Source: an uncultured Bacteriovoracaceae bacterium
Lineage (GTDB): Bacteria > Bdellovibrionota > UBA2428
Length of the DNA: 64,000 nt
Assembly (NCBI GenBank): GCA_964609695.1
Contig: CAZSSP010000007.1
Location: 8,926 to 72,925, forward strand
Direction of reading: 5' to 3'
The notes under the pieces were generated by a model. The model had not been told where the DNA came from, made no database searches, and saw only the letters and a list, made by a program, of their open reading frames with translations. Below are positions 57,937 to 64,000 of this stretch, piece by piece. Position 1 is the stretch's first letter, and each line of letters starts with the position of its first letter. A program made the translations under genes and the position numbers.

Positions 57937-59910
57937 TTAATTTTTAGAGATAAACTCGTGATTCATTAAATCATCATGCGTCTTGGGCAATTTATACCCT
58001 CGAGGATGGCTACAATGATCTTCTTTTAGGTGACTTAAAATTACACCCATTGAGTAAAAAGATGTTAGCAAGTTTTGCTTTCGACTTTCATCGGGATCTG
58101 CTTCAATCACTTTATTAATGCGTTGCCAGGGTAAAATATCAACTTTTTCTTGGGCAACTTTTACATAACTTATCAGCTCTTCTTTGTTCCGATCGGAAAA
58201 TAAATTTTGAGTAGGTGCAAAAAAAGCAAATTTTCTTCGTTTAAGTAAAGACTTCGGAAGCTTTCCGACTGTTAAACGTTTTAATATGAACTTTTCATTC
58301 AAGCCTCTAATGAGAACAGAAGGTGCTAACTTTTGAGCCAAATCAGTCACTCGAGTGTCTAAAAATGGTGTTCTGCCTTCTAATGAGTGAGACATTTCTT
58401 GTCGATCTCCCACATTCGATAAAATATAATGCAATAAATCTGTTCTTAAACCCATCCATAAATCAACATCAAATTGACTTCTGTTTTCAGCACTAGCTCC
58501 AAAATCTTCTTCAAAATAACTAGAGAGATCACTTAAAGCCGTCTCAATTACAGATTCAGGTTGAGCGCTAACTAACAAACGCAAATGACGTTGCTCAATG
58601 ATTCTTCTCAACAAAGCAGGACGATGTTGAGGAAAATACTTATTGACCAATTCGCTAAAATTTTCAGCTGAAGAATCTAAATGTCCTTTTGCCGTAGATC
58701 CCTCACGCTTATAAAATAGAGACAAATCATTCAAAGCAAAACGTGGATGCCTTTTGTTAAATTCTAAAATTTTATTAATTCTTAAATATGGATAACCGGC
58801 AAACCATTCATCAGAACCTTCACCCGACAAAACAACTCTCACAGACTGAGAAGCCAAATGAGCTAAAAGATTTTTTGCAGCCCCATGCGTGTTATAAATT
58901 GGATTTTCAAATGCTAGAATAGACCGCTTTAGAGAAGGCATATAATTTTCTTGATTGAGAATTATCTTATTATGTTCAAGACCAAGAAATTTTGCGACTT
59001 CAGCCGCTTTTTCCGACTCATCAAATTCTTTTTGCTCAAAACCAACGGTAAATGTTTTTAATTTTGCTCCATTTTCACAAATGAGAGATGTGATGAGTGC
59101 ACTATCAATACCACCACTCAAATAAGCCCCTACTGGAACATCAGATCGCAACCTACGCTTTACAGCCGCATTGAGTTCCAATCCTACCTTCTCAATAGCT
59201 TCCGAACTTTTAATGCTTCTCTCATGACCATTTTTATTTTGAAAAAATTTCTTATAATTTTCAAAACTAAGTTTTTTTGTTTTCAAATTAAAACAATAAA
59301 CCCTAGCAGGAAGAACATGTTCTATTCCCTTAAGAAAAGTCCGAGGTGGAATCATCAGACCAGATAAAAACTGCTGCACATATTGGGAGTCATAAACAAG
59401 CTCGCCCTCATCATCTATGAGCGACTTCATCTCTGAACCGAGCATAATTTCATTATCGATTCTTCTAATAAAAAGAGGCTTGACTCCATACTGATCGCGT
59501 CCAAAAAAAACTAATTTCTCTTTCTTGTCATAAAAGATGAACGCAAATTCTCCAGACAATTTCGCAAGACATGAAGCACCCTGGCTAGCAAATAAATTCA
59601 AAAGCACTTCACTATCAGAACGACTTTTACAAAATATATTATCCTTCTCTAAATCATTGCGAATTTTTTCAAAATCATAAAGCTCACCGTTAACGATCCC
59701 TATATAGCGATTATCAAAACTCTCTAGAGGCTGCCCGCCTCCGCTCAAATCAATAATACTTAATCGAGTATGAACTAAAGAAATTTCAGGATCTTGAAAA
59801 AATCCGTAATTGTCAGGGCCGCGATGAGCCAACGCTCTTACGGCCCTGCTAATTCCAGATAATGCCAGCTCTCTTGTTTTATATTGACTGCTGGCCCAGA
59901 TTCCACACAT
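57937..59910 (-). CDS. asnB: asparagine synthase (glutamine-hydrolysing)
   Basis: N-terminal nucleophile MCGIW, HRGPD, and PP-loop YLSGGIDSALI; 657 aa. Confidence 0.85.
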   Translation of the reverse strand: MCGIWASSQYKTRELALSGISRAVRALAHRGPDNYGFFQDPEISLVHTRLSIIDLSGGGQPLESFDNRYIGIVNGELYDFEKIRNDLEKDNIFCKSRSDSEVLLNLFASQGASCLAKLSGEFAFIFYDKKEKLVFFGRDQYGVKPLFIRRIDNEIMLGSEMKSLIDDEGELVYDSQYVQQFLSGLMIPPRTFLKGIEHVLPARVYCFNLKTKKLSFENYKKFFQNKNGHERSIKSSEAIEKVGLELNAAVKRRLRSDVPVGAYLSGGIDSALITSLICENGAKLKTFTVGFEQKEFDESEKAAEVAKFLGLEHNKIILNQENYMPSLKRSILAFENPIYNTHGAAKNLLAHLASQSVRVVLSGEGSDEWFAGYPYLRINKILEFNKRHPRFALNDLSLFYKREGSTAKGHLDSSAENFSELVNKYFPQHRPALLRRIIEQRHLRLLVSAQPESVIETALSDLSSYFEEDFGASAENRSQFDVDLWMGLRTDLLHYILSNVGDRQEMSHSLEGRTPFLDTRVTDLAQKLAPSVLIRGLNEKFILKRLTVGKLPKSLLKRRKFAFFAPTQNLFSDRNKEELISYVKVAQEKVDILPWQRINKVIEADPDESRKQNLLTSFYSMGVILSHLKEDHCSHPRGYKLPKTHDDLMNHEFISKN

Positions 59911-59947
59911 TAGGGAACCCTAAATAACTCTTTACTATAATTCACGT

Positions 59948-60634
59948 TTACTTTTTAGCCGTAAGTTTCACCGCTACTTCAAACTTATCACCAATGGTTT
60001 TATCGCCTAAACCTTTGAAGAATTTTCCCGATCCATATTTAATTCCCCAACGAGTTCTATCGATAACAAGTAAAGCATCAGCAAGAACAGAATCTTTTTC
60101 AACTTTCAAAACGGCTGGAATATCTTGCTCAACAGCTTTTCCTTTAATAGTCAGCATCCCCGTAATAAGATGAGTGGGGTTTTCTACTTTAATAGTAGTT
60201 GATTTTCTTGCATTAGCTTCAGCTATAGCCTTTTCCCAATCTTTTTTGGCTTTTGCTTTCACTTGACTCCATGGAGTGATTTTTTTGATTTCTAAAAGAG
60301 CCGTTTTATTCACTTTGACATCAAAAAAATCTTCTGACTTCAAATGTCCTAGTAATTTTGCGTTGGTTTCTGCATCTTCAATATCTGTTGATTTAAACGA
60401 ATCCATATCAACTTCAAATTTTCCACCCACAACTTCATTACCCTTAACTTCGAGGCTTCCATCTTTAGCCACAATAGTTCCATAATGTTCGCCAGTGAGT
60501 TTAGTCGCATGCCAAGTTAAATTTGTTGCAGCAGTATCTAACTTCAATGTGCTAGTGCTAGTTTCATTTTTAGCGCTTAATCCAAAAGATGCCGCCACCA
60601 AAAATACAGTTGATAAAAAATTATTTATTTTCAT
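59948..60634 (-). CDS. YceI-family periplasmic protein
   Basis: ATG at 60634 preceded by GGGAGGT. Signal MKINNFLSTVFLVAASFGLSA. The YceI-like beta-barrel pattern includes WHATKLTGEHYGTI. Confidence 0.7.
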   Translation of the reverse strand: MKINNFLSTVFLVAASFGLSAKNETSTSTLKLDTAATNLTWHATKLTGEHYGTIVAKDGSLEVKGNEVVGGKFEVDMDSFKSTDIEDAETNAKLLGHLKSEDFFDVKVNKTALLEIKKITPWSQVKAKAKKDWEKAIAEANARKSTTIKVENPTHLITGMLTIKGKAVEQDIPAVLKVEKDSVLADALLVIDRTRWGIKYGSGKFFKGLGDKTIGDKFEVAVKLTAKK

Positions 60635-60705
60635 AATACCTCCCAAAAAACTGAAAATATCATGAGCTTTTGATCCGGTCACAAAACATTGATAAAAGAG
60701 ACAAC

Positions 60706-61635
60706 TCAACGCATCGTCTTCGATCTATTGCCTTTTTTTTGCACGGATTTTATTTGTTTTTGATTAGACTTTATTGAGCTTTTACCTCTGGACCCACTCT
60801 TCTTGAGTAGCTTGGCCAAAAACTCTCTAAAATCTTTGCTCAGCATGGGACTTTTAAGCTCCCTGTTTAATATTTTTCTTACGTCTTTAGAGTTTGAGTC
60901 ATCCAAAAAACCCGACAATACGAGAAGTGCCAATTGGAAGTTATCTCTCTGAACCCTATCCAGCTTTTGAACTTTTGAATCCAAAGCTCTTTTAGCAATT
61001 TCAAAACTTCGATGATCGCCCAACCACGCCCCCATCTCCAAATAGAATCCATGATCAAAGTATGGCCACTTCAAAGATACGGTCTGGCTGCTATAGGATA
61101 AATTCCAGTCCTCAAAAACTGAGGAAATTTTATCTTTCAATCGTGATATTGAATTTAAGAAATTAGGATCTTCTACACTTTTATTGAGTGAAACAACTAA
61201 CTTTCCAACACCTGAAGACATAAGGCTCTGCAAGGCAAAACATCGCTTCTTAGAATCAAGATTCGACAAAGTCATACTACAAGTTTCCATATTCTGATTA
61301 AAAAAATCGAGCCAAGCTCCAAAATTGTTTTCGGAAAATACAACAGACGGAACATTTGTGGCCAAAACACCATTCTCTAAATCAAGATGACTGGCCACAA
61401 ATTTCCACAATTCTTCTTGATGAGCAGATTGTGACCAATCCACTTCTTTTAATTTTTGCTGATTCTTTTTATAGGCTTCAATTTTATCAGGACTCGAGGG
61501 GCGATGAGAAATCTCATAGCTCTCTTTCAAGAGATCATTGAGATCACTTTGATTTTGTTGTTTATCATCCGAAAGCCTATTCGACGCACATCCAACAAAA
61601 AGCCCGAATAAAAATAATCCCTGAATAAATTTCAT
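60706..61635 (-). CDS. hypothetical lipoprotein
   Basis: Lipobox LFVGC and a basic C-terminal tail. No family recognised. Confidence 0.5.
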   Translation of the reverse strand: MKFIQGLFLFGLFVGCASNRLSDDKQQNQSDLNDLLKESYEISHRPSSPDKIEAYKKNQQKLKEVDWSQSAHQEELWKFVASHLDLENGVLATNVPSVVFSENNFGAWLDFFNQNMETCSMTLSNLDSKKRCFALQSLMSSGVGKLVVSLNKSVEDPNFLNSISRLKDKISSVFEDWNLSYSSQTVSLKWPYFDHGFYLEMGAWLGDHRSFEIAKRALDSKVQKLDRVQRDNFQLALLVLSGFLDDSNSKDVRKILNRELKSPMLSKDFREFLAKLLKKSGSRGKSSIKSNQKQIKSVQKKGNRSKTMR

Positions 61636-61685
61636 TGAGACAGTCTAGAGTTGAGCTAGCTAATCCGCAACTTTTTAAAAAACAT

Positions 61686-63701
<2,016 letters not shown>

Positions 63702-63727
63702 TCATCAATCTAGTTACAATAGAGTTC

Positions 63728-64000
63728 ATGGGGGGGCAAGTGAGCAAAAACACTCATCCTTTTGTTGTTGAATTAAAAGATGTCGACCGAGAGTTTGTCT
63801 TACAGAGTCAAACCGATAATGCCAATGGTCAAGTTAGCAAATTGCTTGCTTTGGCAAGAGTCTCTCTACGCCTTCAAAGTGGAGAATTTGTATTTTTAAC
63901 AGGTCCTTCAGGTGCAGGAAAAAGCACTCTCCTAAGACTTATCTTAGGTCTAGACAAAGCCTCTGCTGGAGAAATTTACACTCTTGGTCATGCGGTCCAT
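63728..64000 (+). CDS. ftsE: cell-division ABC ATP-binding protein FtsE-like (3' end cut by window edge)
   Basis: Hand translation: [23 protein letters not shown]...[35 protein letters not shown]. The frame is open to base 64000. GTG at 63740 is an alternative start. Confidence 0.65.
   Translation, partial: MGGQVSKNTHPFVVELKDVDREFVLQSQTDNANGQVSKLLALARVSLRLQSGEFVFLTGPSGAGKSTLLRLILGLDKASAGEIYTLGHAVH

Noticed and set aside
56607-59910. Lasso-peptide-like cluster idea (AsnB homologue plus cysteine peptidase plus micro-ORF)
   Set aside because: The AsnB protein keeps the N-terminal Cys nucleophile and full length of a true glutamine-dependent asparagine synthase. The peptidase motif is not transglutaminase-like. 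The 14-aa micro-ORF is too short for leader plus core. The genes are on opposite strands.

Overview
AT-rich (roughly 40% G+C by eye), gene-dense bacterial chromosomal segment that is mostly housekeeping. I saw no rRNA, tRNA, CRISPR array, IS/transposase, integrase or phage genes. The gene content (many Sec/lipoprotein-signal proteins, flagellar late genes, a lone CpaF-type ATPase) fits a Bdellovibrionota/Oligoflexia-like lineage, but that is inference only.

Main blocks:
- 1-11.5 kb: DUF4105 protein, pepA, rpoZ, trmB, uppP and several secreted hypotheticals.
- 11.5-14.9 kb: bL32-like mini-gene, small secreted protein, orphan cpaF, and a split membrane protein.
- 14.9-21.4 kb: cinA, NUDIX, coaE, pgeF, rluD.
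- 21.4-31.5 kb: one minus-strand flagellar operon, flgF-G-A-H-I-(rod-binding)-M-N-K-L, followed by a MinD/ParA ATPase and an HTH protein.
- 31.7-37 kb: folD, an ABC-2 exporter, and an S41 peptidase.
- 37-44 kb: ATP-grasp enzyme, membrane protein, a Fe3+-type ABC importer, and a BNR lipoprotein.
- 44.1-48.5 kb: gcvT-H-PA-PB.
- 48.5-64 kb: GT39 glycosyltransferase, LptF/G permease, rlmN, FHA-GGDEF, a degenerate sigma-54-activator-like protein, asnB, YceI, ligA, and the start of ftsE.

Most notable observations:
1. A 190-bp nested-palindrome element occurs twice (13644-13833 and 38517-38706). The two copies differ by about 18 substitutions, and five base pairs are changed in a compensatory way, so the secondary structure appears to be under selection.
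2. Two same-frame ORFs are separated by a single TGA inside a continuous hydrophobic stretch (14309-14311).
3. A 19-bp inverted repeat encloses about 108 nt between two convergent genes (57201-57346).

Several listed ORF starts were revised using RBS, start codon and gene-overlap evidence. None of this was checked against databases.
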